Shown here: piece by piece, positions 38,755 to 47,814 of the stretch
How the letters are laid out: each line of letters starts with the position of its first letter
Numbering within the stretch: position 1 is the first letter of the stretch
DNA from: Desulfobacterales bacterium
GTDB taxonomy: Bacteria; Desulfobacterota; Desulfobacteria; Desulfobacterales; SURF-7
Length of the DNA stretch: 64,000 bases
Direction: 5' to 3'
NCBI GenBank assembly: GCA_041740615.1
Contig: JBGSLR010000097.1
Location: 29,363 to 93,362, forward strand
Made by a program: the position numbers and the translations under genes
Notes under the pieces: generated by a model
Told to the model about the DNA's origin: nothing
Databases searched by the model: none
What the model saw: the letters and a program-made list of their open reading frames with translations, nothing else

Positions 38755-40416
38755 TCAGCGTGTCAGTTCCCGCATGATTTGAGCGACGTCCTGCAGCTGG
38801 GTGTCCTCTTCGATGACTTGCTGGTGAATACTGCAATAATCGGATCCCGGGATCGGTTGTTTGCGGCACGCTTTTCCGGTTTTTGTTTCGCCTTTGCAAC
38901 GCGCGGTGTCACCGCCGACCGATGGCGTTTTTTTCTGGCTTTTGGCTGCTTTGGCTTCCTGATACCGGTCGTGAAGAACCAGGGGTTCGTCGTAAATCTT
39001 TCCGGATTTCACCAAGTCCAGCAGAAAGTTGAATTCCTCTTCAAACCCCTCCAGCAACAATTCCGGATCCGGCATCAACTTTTCATCGGAAGAGATACCC
39101 ACCGTAACCTTCTCATCATAGCTCAGAATGCTGATCCCCAAACCGATTTTCCCGGAGCGGGGAACCCAGAACATGAGGTTGTTGATTTTCTTCCCGGCGA
39201 AATATAACGGTTGCCGTGGCCCGGGAACGTTGGTCATGACACCGGAAGCCTTGTTTCCGAAAAGCTGGGCGGCTTTGCGGGCAAGTGCGGGCGGCAGATA
39301 TCCGATGGCGCTCAGAAGACCGAAGTTAATATACGGGTCCGGTGATTTTTTCAGCTGGTCCATTCGCCGTTTCACCTCTTTGAGCCGCAAAACCGGATCT
39401 TCCAGATACACCGGCAGGGGTAGAAAGACCAGACTGAACTTGTTGCCCAGTTCGAATTCGGTCCCTGGTTTCCGGATATTCACCGGGATCGTGACGCGCA
39501 GGTCAAGCTCGTTGACCGGGGTTTTCCGTGTCTTCAAATACCGTCTCATGGCGCCGGTGACCGTGGCGACCAGCACATCATTCAGCGTGGCGGTGCTGAT
39601 GGCCTTGCCGACGGTTTTGATTTTATCCAGGGCCATCGGTTCCGTCCAGGCGACTTTTTTTCGCACGCCCAAGTTGCCTTTGAAGGCCGTGTTGGGATCC
39701 GAACTCATGATGGTGTGCTTGGAAAGGACGGAAGCGAAATCCGTAGGCAGACAGCTTGTGTTTTTGGCTAATTTTTTTAGATAATCCGTGTCCGTGACGG
39801 CTTTTTCGATTTCCTTGATCATTTTCTTGCTGAATTTTCGACCGGCGCCCGCGGTGTCTTTGACCCTGCGAATCACACTGTCGACCGAGAGAAACGACCC
39901 GATAGGTGATTTCACCGATTTCTTGCGCGGTTCGAGTTTGGGCCAGGGTGCTTTGGGGTCCGTATCGGCGGCCGATAACAAGACATGAATGAGTGCAATG
40001 CCGTCTCCAATACAGTGATGAATACGAAAAAAAAGCACGCACCCGTTTCCGTAATTTTCGATCAGATGAACCTGCCAGAGAGGTTTGTCCGGATCCAGTG
40101 GGCTGATCATCAGGTTGGCGATCATTTCCTGTAGATCGTTTTTGTCCCCCGGATCCGGTAAGGCAATTCGATGAAGATGAGATTTCAGGTCGTAATTCTT
40201 GTCCGTTTCCCAGAAGGGGAGCCCGATGCCCGACTTGGGGCGGATGATGTGCTTCTGGAATCGCGGGAAGGAAGCCAATCGGCTTTCAATCGTGGCGTAC
40301 AATCGGTTATAGTCGATCAGCGATTCAAACTCCATGAAAGCGGTGATCACCATCAGGTTGGTGGGATCATCCATACAGAGCCAAAAATTATCGGCATTGG
40401 TCATGCGCTCGGCCAT
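38755..40416 (-). CDS. Wax ester synthase/diacylglycerol acyltransferase (WS/DGAT) with a C-terminal C3H zinc finger
   Basis: PLWQVHLIE, HHCIGDG, TLNDV, PVNIR, LGNKF, TNVPGP, SILSY. Confidence 0.92.
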   Translation of the reverse strand: MAERMTNADNFWLCMDDPTNLMVITAFMEFESLIDYNRLYATIESRLASFPRFQKHIIRPKSGIGLPFWETDKNYDLKSHLHRIALPDPGDKNDLQEMIANLMISPLDPDKPLWQVHLIENYGNGCVLFFRIHHCIGDGIALIHVLLSAADTDPKAPWPKLEPRKKSVKSPIGSFLSVDSVIRRVKDTAGAGRKFSKKMIKEIEKAVTDTDYLKKLAKNTSCLPTDFASVLSKHTIMSSDPNTAFKGNLGVRKKVAWTEPMALDKIKTVGKAISTATLNDVLVATVTGAMRRYLKTRKTPVNELDLRVTIPVNIRKPGTEFELGNKFSLVFLPLPVYLEDPVLRLKEVKRRMDQLKKSPDPYINFGLLSAIGYLPPALARKAAQLFGNKASGVMTNVPGPRQPLYFAGKKINNLMFWVPRSGKIGLGISILSYDEKVTVGISSDEKLMPDPELLLEGFEEEFNFLLDLVKSGKIYDEPLVLHDRYQEAKAAKSQKKTPSVGGDTARCKGETKTGKACRKQPIPGSDYCSIHQQVIEEDTQLQDVAQIMRELTR

Positions 40417-40853
40417 TCTGACGCTCCTCGCTTAAAGTGTCATGTGTCGTTGTGACAGTTTACCTCGTTGTGGGCTTAGCCGAGTCAGCACCGCCTCCAT
40501 GTCCTGGCTCCCTCTTTCATCGTCCGGTTTCAACCAGGATCGTCCAGCCCGATAATGATGTTTTAAAAGTAAAAAGTTGACCTGCGTAAAAATATCCTAT
40601 GGTGCGAAAAATGCAACATAAAAATACATGAAGAACCGCGCACCCGGCTATCCCGGATGCAGTACTGCTATCGGTTGCGTTGTGGAAAACGGAGGAATCC
40701 TGATGGTTGGACCGTCTCAATCCCAATGGAAATGGTCTATAAGGGCTCAGGCAACATAAAATGGTTGTTTATATCCCATGAGCCCTTGAAGTGGATTGAC
40801 ACGATCGAAAACAATGCCGCCCGCCTGCTTATCGCTCCGAAAAACGACGAAAA

Positions 40854-41330
40854 CTATGCGTTCTGACTCGAAACGGAGGTTTCCATCCGCTCCGCGTCGG
40901 CTTCGAGCGCCGGTTCCGGTCTTGCGGCTTGTTTGGCTTGGGTTTTCTGAGCCTTGGCGATATGTTGGGCCTGAATCTTTTCCAGTTCGTCGACTTTTTG
41001 GGCTAGTTTTTTCAAGCTGCCGTTCAGTTTCACGATCTGTTCCTTGTTGGCCAGATTCATCACCTCTAAAATTTTATTGAGTCGCTTGTCGACCTGGGTG
41101 CCGATCCATTTTTTGATATTCTCCGGGCGCAGCGGGGTTTCTTTTTTCTTGCTGGGTGCGGGTGTCAATTGCGCCATAACGGATTTCGTCACATCCTTGC
41201 CGGTGCTGCTGAGAACGACCTTGAATTTTTTCTTGCTTTTGATCATGTCGGTCACTTGTTCTTTGGTGATGTATTCCTTGTTTAACGTGTCATACAGTTT
41301 CCCGTTTGCGTATTTTTTAACCGTGAGCAT
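40854..41330 (-). CDS. PhaR-type N-terminal DNA-binding domain + phasin-like coiled coil
   Basis: VKKYANGKLYDTLNKEYIT..TGKDVT; MNLANKEQI coiled coil; AGGAGG RBS. Confidence 0.78.
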   Translation of the reverse strand: MLTVKKYANGKLYDTLNKEYITKEQVTDMIKSKKKFKVVLSSTGKDVTKSVMAQLTPAPSKKKETPLRPENIKKWIGTQVDKRLNKILEVMNLANKEQIVKLNGSLKKLAQKVDELEKIQAQHIAKAQKTQAKQAARPEPALEADAERMETSVSSQNA

Positions 41331-41533
41331 GGCCCCTCCTTGATACTGTTTGATGATGCGTAGAAATACTTTCAAAAACATTCCCTCGGTTTCAAAAACC
41401 GCGTTATATACGGGGTGCGTGGGACAGGAATGATATTCCCGTCGTGGAGAGCGTTCCCCGATCCGGTGCTGAACCCGATTGAAGATTTTGAAAATACTTC
41501 TACTGGGTTTTGTTGGGTTTCGTAATCGTTATG

Positions 41534-41606
41534 GCCGTTCCACTCGCCTTTGGAAGGGGTGGAACGGCTTTCTCAGTCGGTATTTCCCCCCAAACGGTGG
41601 GGGGAA
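41534..41606. terminator. Two GC-rich hairpins downstream of the repeat-protein gene
   Basis: gccgttccac..gtggaacggc (41534-41568) and ttcccccc..ggggggaa (41584-41606). Confidence 0.55.
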
Positions 41607-41640
41607 CTCAAAAAACCGGCAAGAGGGCGGGTCGTGGAAA

Positions 41641-42315
41641 TTACGCGGCGTAAGTCTTGCTCAGCGTATCCACCTTGATGTTCAATTCTTTCATTCCTTT
41701 GACCAGGCTGTCAATGTCTTTTTTACTGGGCAGGTTGAGTTGATCCGGAATGGATTTGATTCTGTTGGTGATTTTCTTTTCGATTTTTTGCTTGCCGGGG
41801 ACTTTGTCCATGACCTTTTTCCCGCTCTGGATGAGGTCCTTTTTTACGATCCGGGCGTCTTTCTCGATTCCCTTCAAGACGGACTTGGTGTCTTCGATGA
41901 GGCTGTCCATTTTTTCTCGGGTGTCGTCTTTCAGCTCTTCCAAAAAGTCCTTGCTTTCATCCATCAGTCGGGAGATGGTTTTTCGCGGGTCTTTCTTGGC
42001 TTTTTTCAGAAAATCCTTGCCGTCGTCAACCAGGGTGTCGATTTTTTTCCGCGCGTCTTTTTTAACATCTGCAATCAGTTCCTTGCCGTCGTCCACGAGT
42101 CCCTCAATGGCCTTGCGGGGATCGTTTTTCAGGTCTTCCACCAGCTCTTTGCCGTTTTCGATGGGCTTCTTGATAAATTTTTCATTGTATCGATCCAGCT
42201 TGTCCGTCAGAGTGGTTTTGGCTTCCTGAATGTTGCGGACGACATAAAAGCGCGACTGGGTTTTCCCTGCGTCCTTTTTGACCGCTTTCCGTTTTGCATT
42301 CTTTGCCTGTGCCAT
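41641..42315 (-). CDS. Apolipoprotein-like 22-mer-repeat protein with a PhaF/PhaI-type C-terminal motif (putative lipid-body coat)
   Basis: Five tandem 22-aa amphipathic repeats; LNLPSKKDIDSL; Lys-rich N-terminus; GGAGG RBS. Confidence 0.75.
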   Translation of the reverse strand: MAQAKNAKRKAVKKDAGKTQSRFYVVRNIQEAKTTLTDKLDRYNEKFIKKPIENGKELVEDLKNDPRKAIEGLVDDGKELIADVKKDARKKIDTLVDDGKDFLKKAKKDPRKTISRLMDESKDFLEELKDDTREKMDSLIEDTKSVLKGIEKDARIVKKDLIQSGKKVMDKVPGKQKIEKKITNRIKSIPDQLNLPSKKDIDSLVKGMKELNIKVDTLSKTYAA

Positions 42316-42387
42316 GGTGTACCTCCGTATTGAAATGTAGGGTTGTGTTTCTTTTGATGGTTGACCGACCGTTTCGGTCGTGCCGAA

Positions 42388-42439
42388 ATAACGCGTTGCG
42401 TCATGGCTGTAATATGATGCGATGCGTCATGAATGTCAA
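42388..42439 (-). promoter_or_regulatory. Sigma70 promoter with two 17-bp palindromic operators
   Basis: ATAACGCGTTGCGTCAT (42388-42404) and ATGATGCGATGCGTCAT (42414-42430); minus-strand TTGACA at 42439-42434, 17 bp, then CATATT. Confidence 0.65.
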
Positions 42440-42621
42440 GTCCTTTTTTTATGTTTTTTTATTTTTTTGTCGGTTGAAATCGGACGGCATGGATGTTCAT
42501 GAGTGGACGCGGTCGATAGGGCGCACGGATCGTCCGTCAAAGCATTTGACAAATACGGGCGGAATTGGAAAAATGCCATGAATTGAATCGAACAACCCAT
42601 ACCTGCGCACCGGAGGCCAGC

Positions 42622-43194
42622 ATGCACAAAATAAAAAAATACGCCAATCGCAAGATGTATGACACGACGGGCAAGAGATATATTTCCATGACCCAGCTTG
42701 CCGAATTGATCAAGTCCGGTGAGGAGGTGATGATCGTGGATAATCGCACGGACGAGGATCTGACCACGGCCATTGTATCCCAACTCATCGGCAGGGAGAA
42801 AAAAGGCAAGGATAAAATCGTATCCTCCAAAGTGTTGATGCAACTTCTTCGAAAGGGCGGCGGCACCTTGACCGACTATGCCAAAAAATACGCCAGCCTC
42901 TGGCAGAATGCGTTTACCATGGCGGAAGATGAAATCGACCGGGTCGTCAACCTGCTGGTCAAAGACAAGGAACTTTCCAAATCGGAGGGGAGCCGGCTCA
43001 AAAGAGAAATTATCGGATATTCCGACGGCTTGAAGAAATGGGTCAGCGACAATGTCGACAGGCGGATCAATGAGGTGTTCAGCGTGATGAACCTGGCGAC
43101 CAAGGATGAGCTGAACGGATTGGCGTCCAGAATCGATCGAATGGAGAGAAAGATCCAAAAAATAGAGGCCTCGCAGGAAAAGGGGGGGCGGTAA
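42622..43194 (+). CDS. PhaR-type DNA-binding domain fused to a phasin (PhaF/PhaI-like) domain
   Basis: IKKYANRKMYDTTGKRYIS..VDNRTDEDLT; LVKDKELSKSEG; MNLATKDEL; GGAGG RBS. Confidence 0.82.
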   Translation: MHKIKKYANRKMYDTTGKRYISMTQLAELIKSGEEVMIVDNRTDEDLTTAIVSQLIGREKKGKDKIVSSKVLMQLLRKGGGTLTDYAKKYASLWQNAFTMAEDEIDRVVNLLVKDKELSKSEGSRLKREIIGYSDGLKKWVSDNVDRRINEVFSVMNLATKDELNGLASRIDRMERKIQKIEASQEKGGR

Positions 43195-43213
43195 ACGGCC
43201 GTGTGATTCCAAC

Positions 43214-44884
43214 TTAACGCGCCTGGAAGAACCGGCGCATGTACCGGGGCGGACGCTTCATCCATTGAGAACAGACCCCGGCCAGCAGCAGCCCGATTTC
43301 TTTCTGCAGGTCGCCGATTCTTTCGGTGCGAAACCGATACAAGGCCCATGCTTCATACAGGATGGCGCGATGAATTCTCAGGCGAACAAAGTCATTGAGG
43401 AATTCGCCCATGCCGGCCCAAAAAAGATAGTCATTCCGGTCGAAGGATGGATCGATATCGGCCAGCACGCCTTTCAGGGTCACCGCCGCCTTTTCGTACA
43501 TCATGAGATCGGTTGGAAACATGACCCCCAGATAGGTGAGCTCCTCGAAAAACGTTTCAATGCTCGTGAAGATGCCACGGATACCGTCCTTGCGGTCGGC
43601 GATGACGGTGTCGATGAATTGCAGGGCCGTTGATTCAAGATCCCGATTCCGGGAGAGCTGGCCGTTGGTCAGGAGGTCGGCGGCATAGAAAACCGCCTGC
43701 CGTCCGGCAAACAGCAGCCCGAAGGACAGGAGGATCATCAGAAATCTTTCCCGCCGGGTCAGGCGCCCCATCATGGCCCAGTCATAGAAAATGATTGTCG
43801 GGAGATCTTCGTCGAACCGGTAGGCGATGTTGCCGGCGTGGGGGTCGCCGTGAAAAATGCTGATGTCGCTCAGATCCTGGAGTGGCTTGAGGATACAGGT
43901 TTTTGCCAGCGCTTCGGCCAGCAGTCTTTTTTGGGCCGGCGTCAAGCCGGCGACATCCGTGATTTTCTTCCCTTCCAGACGAGACATGACGGTCATCTCG
44001 GGCGTGGATACGGCGAGGGGTTCCGGAATGGCGATCCGGTAAAGGTCGCGATAGTATTCCCGGGCCACCGCCAGATGGACCTGTTCCGCGCCTAGATTGG
44101 TTTCATTTTCGATCAGGCCCCGGACCTGGTTGAGGGTTCCTGAAAAATTGAACCCGCGCATTCCCCAGTTGCCTTTGTGCTCGTCCAGGAAAACAGCCAG
44201 TCTTTCCAGTAAGGCCAAATCGCCGGGCAGGTTTTTTCGAATTTTCGGTTTGACGACCTTGAGAACGGCCTGAACCGGGGCCCGGGCGTTTTTCAGGGTC
44301 ACTTCCGCTGGAACAACGGCGCAGACGCTGGCTTCGGCGCGAACCAAAGGTTGCGGGATGATGGCGTTTCCAGCCGGCAGTTGTCGTACCTGTTTTGCAA
44401 TGAGCGGTCGGATCTGCCGGTAGGTGACGGTTTTCAGGTTGTCTTCCAGATCCACCAGGGCCTGCTTGAAGGCGGGGTCCAGACCGGGAGTGCGGCAGAT
44501 GACCTGACCCAGTTTCTGAATGCAGGGCATGTCTTTCACCAGCAAGTACAATCGTTTCCCCTGGTCGGCATGGGGGGAGAGTCTCAACTGGTCGACGATT
44601 TTTTCCGCAAGGCGCACAACGGGCAGTTCCTTCAGAATGAAAATCATGGCCTCTATCACCACGGGCTGGAATTGAATATAGCAAGCCGGAAGCAGAGCGG
44701 AAAGGCCGGTCATGGCCGCCAACGGACGTGCCACCTGTTCGACGGCGTCATCGCGTTTCAGTCGTTTCAATATAGCGGTCACCCTGCGTCTCATCATGGT
44801 CGGCGTCGGTCGACGTCCATCGACCGGGGCCATTGCCGCCAGGAAGGCCTGCATGTGATCGGTTCTGTGTGTAGCGCTTCCCAT
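43214..44884 (-). CDS. ABC1/UbiB (AarF) atypical kinase, divergent
   Basis: QKLGQ, EASVCAV, VLKVVKP, HGDPHAGN, YDWAM. Start MGSATH follows a GGGAGG RBS. Confidence 0.85.
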   Translation of the reverse strand: MGSATHRTDHMQAFLAAMAPVDGRRPTPTMMRRRVTAILKRLKRDDAVEQVARPLAAMTGLSALLPACYIQFQPVVIEAMIFILKELPVVRLAEKIVDQLRLSPHADQGKRLYLLVKDMPCIQKLGQVICRTPGLDPAFKQALVDLEDNLKTVTYRQIRPLIAKQVRQLPAGNAIIPQPLVRAEASVCAVVPAEVTLKNARAPVQAVLKVVKPKIRKNLPGDLALLERLAVFLDEHKGNWGMRGFNFSGTLNQVRGLIENETNLGAEQVHLAVAREYYRDLYRIAIPEPLAVSTPEMTVMSRLEGKKITDVAGLTPAQKRLLAEALAKTCILKPLQDLSDISIFHGDPHAGNIAYRFDEDLPTIIFYDWAMMGRLTRRERFLMILLSFGLLFAGRQAVFYAADLLTNGQLSRNRDLESTALQFIDTVIADRKDGIRGIFTSIETFFEELTYLGVMFPTDLMMYEKAAVTLKGVLADIDPSFDRNDYLFWAGMGEFLNDFVRLRIHRAILYEAWALYRFRTERIGDLQKEIGLLLAGVCSQWMKRPPRYMRRFFQAR

Positions 44885-44940
44885 CGGGTCCTCCCGAAAA
44901 CCGGAACATTCCTCTTGACAAGTTTCCGGTCTCAAGCCTA

Positions 44941-44969
44941 AGCATAACGCAGCGCGTCATATTCGTCAA
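44941..44969 (-). promoter_or_regulatory. Sigma70 promoter with an embedded 17-bp operator
   Basis: Minus-strand TTGACG-17 bp-TATGCT; ATAACGCAGCGCGTCAT at 44944-44960. Confidence 0.7.
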
Positions 44970-45129
44970 GGCGGCTTTGAAATGGGGCGGTTCCTTCAAC
45001 TGACTTGAAAGTGGGGCATGTTCCATGATACTCCTGAAACGATGGGGCGCTTTTACCGAAGCGTATGGCGACGAGCCCGTTGGAACCGGTTATAGCAGCC
45101 GGATAATATGGTTTGCGGAAAGTGCATCA

Positions 45130-45783
45130 ATGAGCGATAAAATCACAAGCGGTAAGCAGCATGAGGATCGTTTTTTTGAGTTGAAGCGCGCGCTACAGGC
45201 ATTCCAGGCCGCCCGTTTGAGTAAAACCTATAAAGATATAAAGGAAAATCCGGAATATACCAAAATCGGAATTTTTTTCTTTGAGAAATTGTACGCCCCT
45301 GAAGACTTTTCGTTCCGGGATGAGAGCATCCGGAAACTGCACAAGATTTTGAGAGGTAAAATCTATTCGGGGATCATATCGGCGGTCAACAAGGTCATCG
45401 AGTTGCATGAAATAACGGATGAACTGGACAATCGGATGGTGGCGGAGATGGTTGCCCTCGGTATCGGACCGGACCTGGATATGCAGCAATATCAAGAAAT
45501 CTACCGCCGGCTGGACAACTACGATCAGCGCCTCTATCAGATCCGACTGAGCACCGACGTCACCCGGACATTTCATCACCTGAGCAAGAAATGGCTGGTG
45601 GCGATTTCCCTCAATACCGTAAGGTCCGCCGCCCATCTGATCGGCATGGGCAGGATTCTCGATTTTATTTACGACGCCTATGAAGGATTTCGGGCGATCC
45701 GGAATATCGATTTTTTCGTGGAAACGGTCGAACAACGCGAAATCGCATGGCATAATGAAATCTGGTCCAACGCAACCGTATAA
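45130..45783 (+). CDS. FFLEELY-motif protein
   Basis: QAARLSKTYKD..FFFEKLYAPEDFSFRD..ELHEITDELD. Confidence 0.7.
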   Translation: MSDKITSGKQHEDRFFELKRALQAFQAARLSKTYKDIKENPEYTKIGIFFFEKLYAPEDFSFRDESIRKLHKILRGKIYSGIISAVNKVIELHEITDELDNRMVAEMVALGIGPDLDMQQYQEIYRRLDNYDQRLYQIRLSTDVTRTFHHLSKKWLVAISLNTVRSAAHLIGMGRILDFIYDAYEGFRAIRNIDFFVETVEQREIAWHNEIWSNATV

Positions 45784-45794
45784 AAGAGGTCGTT

Positions 45795-47636
45795 ATGTTG
45801 CCAGAATATTTTGAGTTTTCGCTCCCGACAAAAGTGGTTTACGGGATCGGCATCCTTGCGAATATCGGCGATGTCGTGGCCCCTTTCGGTAGCCGTAAGG
45901 CCATCCTGGTGACCGATGCCATCCTGGTCAAGGCCGGGCCGGTGGAGAAAGTCAAAAGCGGTTTTCAAAAATCGGATATCGAAATCGTCTGCACTTTCGA
46001 TGACGTTCCGCCGAATTCCACCATTGAGACCGTCGAAAAATGCGCTGCCCTGGCGAAAAAAAACAGCTGTGATTTGATCATCGCCGTGGGGGGCGGCAGT
46101 GTCATCGATACGGCAAAGGTGGCCAATATTCTGCTGGTGAAGGGGGGCAAGCTGGAAGATCACATGGGGGCATATCTTCTGGGAAGCCGGGAGCGGCTGC
46201 TGCCGGCGATTTTTATTCCGACCACGGCCGGGACCGGTTCCGAAGTGACCAAGGTAGCGGTGATCGCCGACCCGCAAAACGACGTCAAACTTCCCTTTGC
46301 CGAGGAGCAATTCCTGCCCCAATTGGCTGTTCTGGACCCGGAAGTCACCACTTCCATGCCGGGCAAATTGACGGCCGGAACCGGGATGGATGCCTTGACC
46401 CATGCGATTGAAGCCTATGTGGACAAGGAGTGGTCACCGGCCACCGATGCATTGGCCCTGCATGCCGTCAAGCTGATCTCCGGCAATATCCTGCAGGCCT
46501 GCGCCAAACCGGATGATATGGAGGCCCGTGGGGCCATGCTGGTGGGGAGCTTTCTGGCCGGCGTGGCATTCTCCCATTCCATGGTGGGAATGGTTCATGG
46601 TATTTCCCATGCCCTCGGCGGCGTTTACCACATTCCCCATGGCTTGGCCAATGCGTTGGTCCTGCCGGAAGTGATGGCCTACAATCTGGAAGCGCAATAC
46701 GACCGGTTCGCCGACATCGCAGCGGCCATGGGAATCTCTTTCCCGCAGATCGTCCATCAGGGAAAGAGCATCCTGTCCTCCAGCCGTTTCGATGTTCTGT
46801 CCAGGATCGTGAGCCGTTCCGAGGTGGATTCTCTCAAAGAGCTGGTCAACACCGGTTCGTTCCGCGCCCGGGGACTGGCGGCAAGAGCGCTGGGAAATTT
46901 CGAGTTTATCGATCAATGGGTCAGAAAACAGGCGGCACTTGCGGCCATCGAAAAAATTCGCACCCTGAATCGCCAACTGGCGTATCTGACGAAAATGCCC
47001 CTCTCCCTGAAAGAGGCCGGTATCAAAGATAATTTGGCGAAACTGGAACAGACGGCCGCAACGGCCATGGAAGACGGTTCCATGTTGTACAATCCGGTCG
47101 AGCCGGAAAAGAACGCCGTCATGGAAATCATTCAAAAGGTGTATTCCTCCAAGGCCACTCCGCTGCCGGTTTCCCGCGAGGATCTTCGTGTCGAAAGCGC
47201 CGCCCGAAGAGCAAAGGAGCCGGAACGGGTATTCACGGACGCGGTCATGTTGTATGACGTGTTGATCGGTTTTTATGAAGAACTGAAGGACAGCCCCGAT
47301 ATCGGCCCGGCGCTCGCCAAAACCAGCCTTTGTATACAGTTCCGTTATCAGAAACCGACCGCGGTCATCACCATCGACGCCACCGGCAAAACCATCCGTA
47401 TCGTCAAAGGGGCTTTCGACGGCAAACCGGAAGTGACCATGACCATGAACGCCGATTTTGCGCACAAGTTCTGGCACGGCAAGGCCAATTTGGTCAGCGC
47501 CCTGACCCGCCGGCAGGTTTCGGCCAAGGGCAACGTGCCCAAGACAATCAAATTACTACCAATTCTAAAGCCGGCCTACGCTCTCTATCCGAAGTTCTTG
47601 AAGAAAAAAGGGTTGGGAAGTCTGACTATTTTATAA
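45795..47636 (+). CDS. Iron-containing alcohol dehydrogenase fused to an SCP2 lipid-binding domain
   Basis: GGGSVIDTAK, PTTAGTGSE, DALTHAIE, HGISH, HGLAN; C-terminal PEVTMTMNADFAHKFWHGKANLVSAL..VSAKG. Confidence 0.88.
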   Translation: MLPEYFEFSLPTKVVYGIGILANIGDVVAPFGSRKAILVTDAILVKAGPVEKVKSGFQKSDIEIVCTFDDVPPNSTIETVEKCAALAKKNSCDLIIAVGGGSVIDTAKVANILLVKGGKLEDHMGAYLLGSRERLLPAIFIPTTAGTGSEVTKVAVIADPQNDVKLPFAEEQFLPQLAVLDPEVTTSMPGKLTAGTGMDALTHAIEAYVDKEWSPATDALALHAVKLISGNILQACAKPDDMEARGAMLVGSFLAGVAFSHSMVGMVHGISHALGGVYHIPHGLANALVLPEVMAYNLEAQYDRFADIAAAMGISFPQIVHQGKSILSSSRFDVLSRIVSRSEVDSLKELVNTGSFRARGLAARALGNFEFIDQWVRKQAALAAIEKIRTLNRQLAYLTKMPLSLKEAGIKDNLAKLEQTAATAMEDGSMLYNPVEPEKNAVMEIIQKVYSSKATPLPVSREDLRVESAARRAKEPERVFTDAVMLYDVLIGFYEELKDSPDIGPALAKTSLCIQFRYQKPTAVITIDATGKTIRIVKGAFDGKPEVTMTMNADFAHKFWHGKANLVSALTRRQVSAKGNVPKTIKLLPILKPAYALYPKFLKKKGLGSLTIL

Positions 47637-47667
47637 GACAGCCTAACTAATAGTATTTACAAGAATA

Positions 47668-47697
47668 TTGACATTCTGCAAGCCGTTATGGTATAGT
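47668..47697 (+). promoter_or_regulatory. Sigma70 promoter with extended -10
   Basis: TTGACA-18 bp-TATAGT, preceded by TG. Confidence 0.65.
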
Positions 47698-47814
47698 GCT
47701 ATAAAAAACATACAGCTACAAATTGTCCGCTTTTACCCTGTTTGTTCTTCCGGTCTCTCTTCCTGCGGCAACCGTGAAGGATGGCTGCCGTATGCACTTC
47801 CCCGGAGGTGAATC

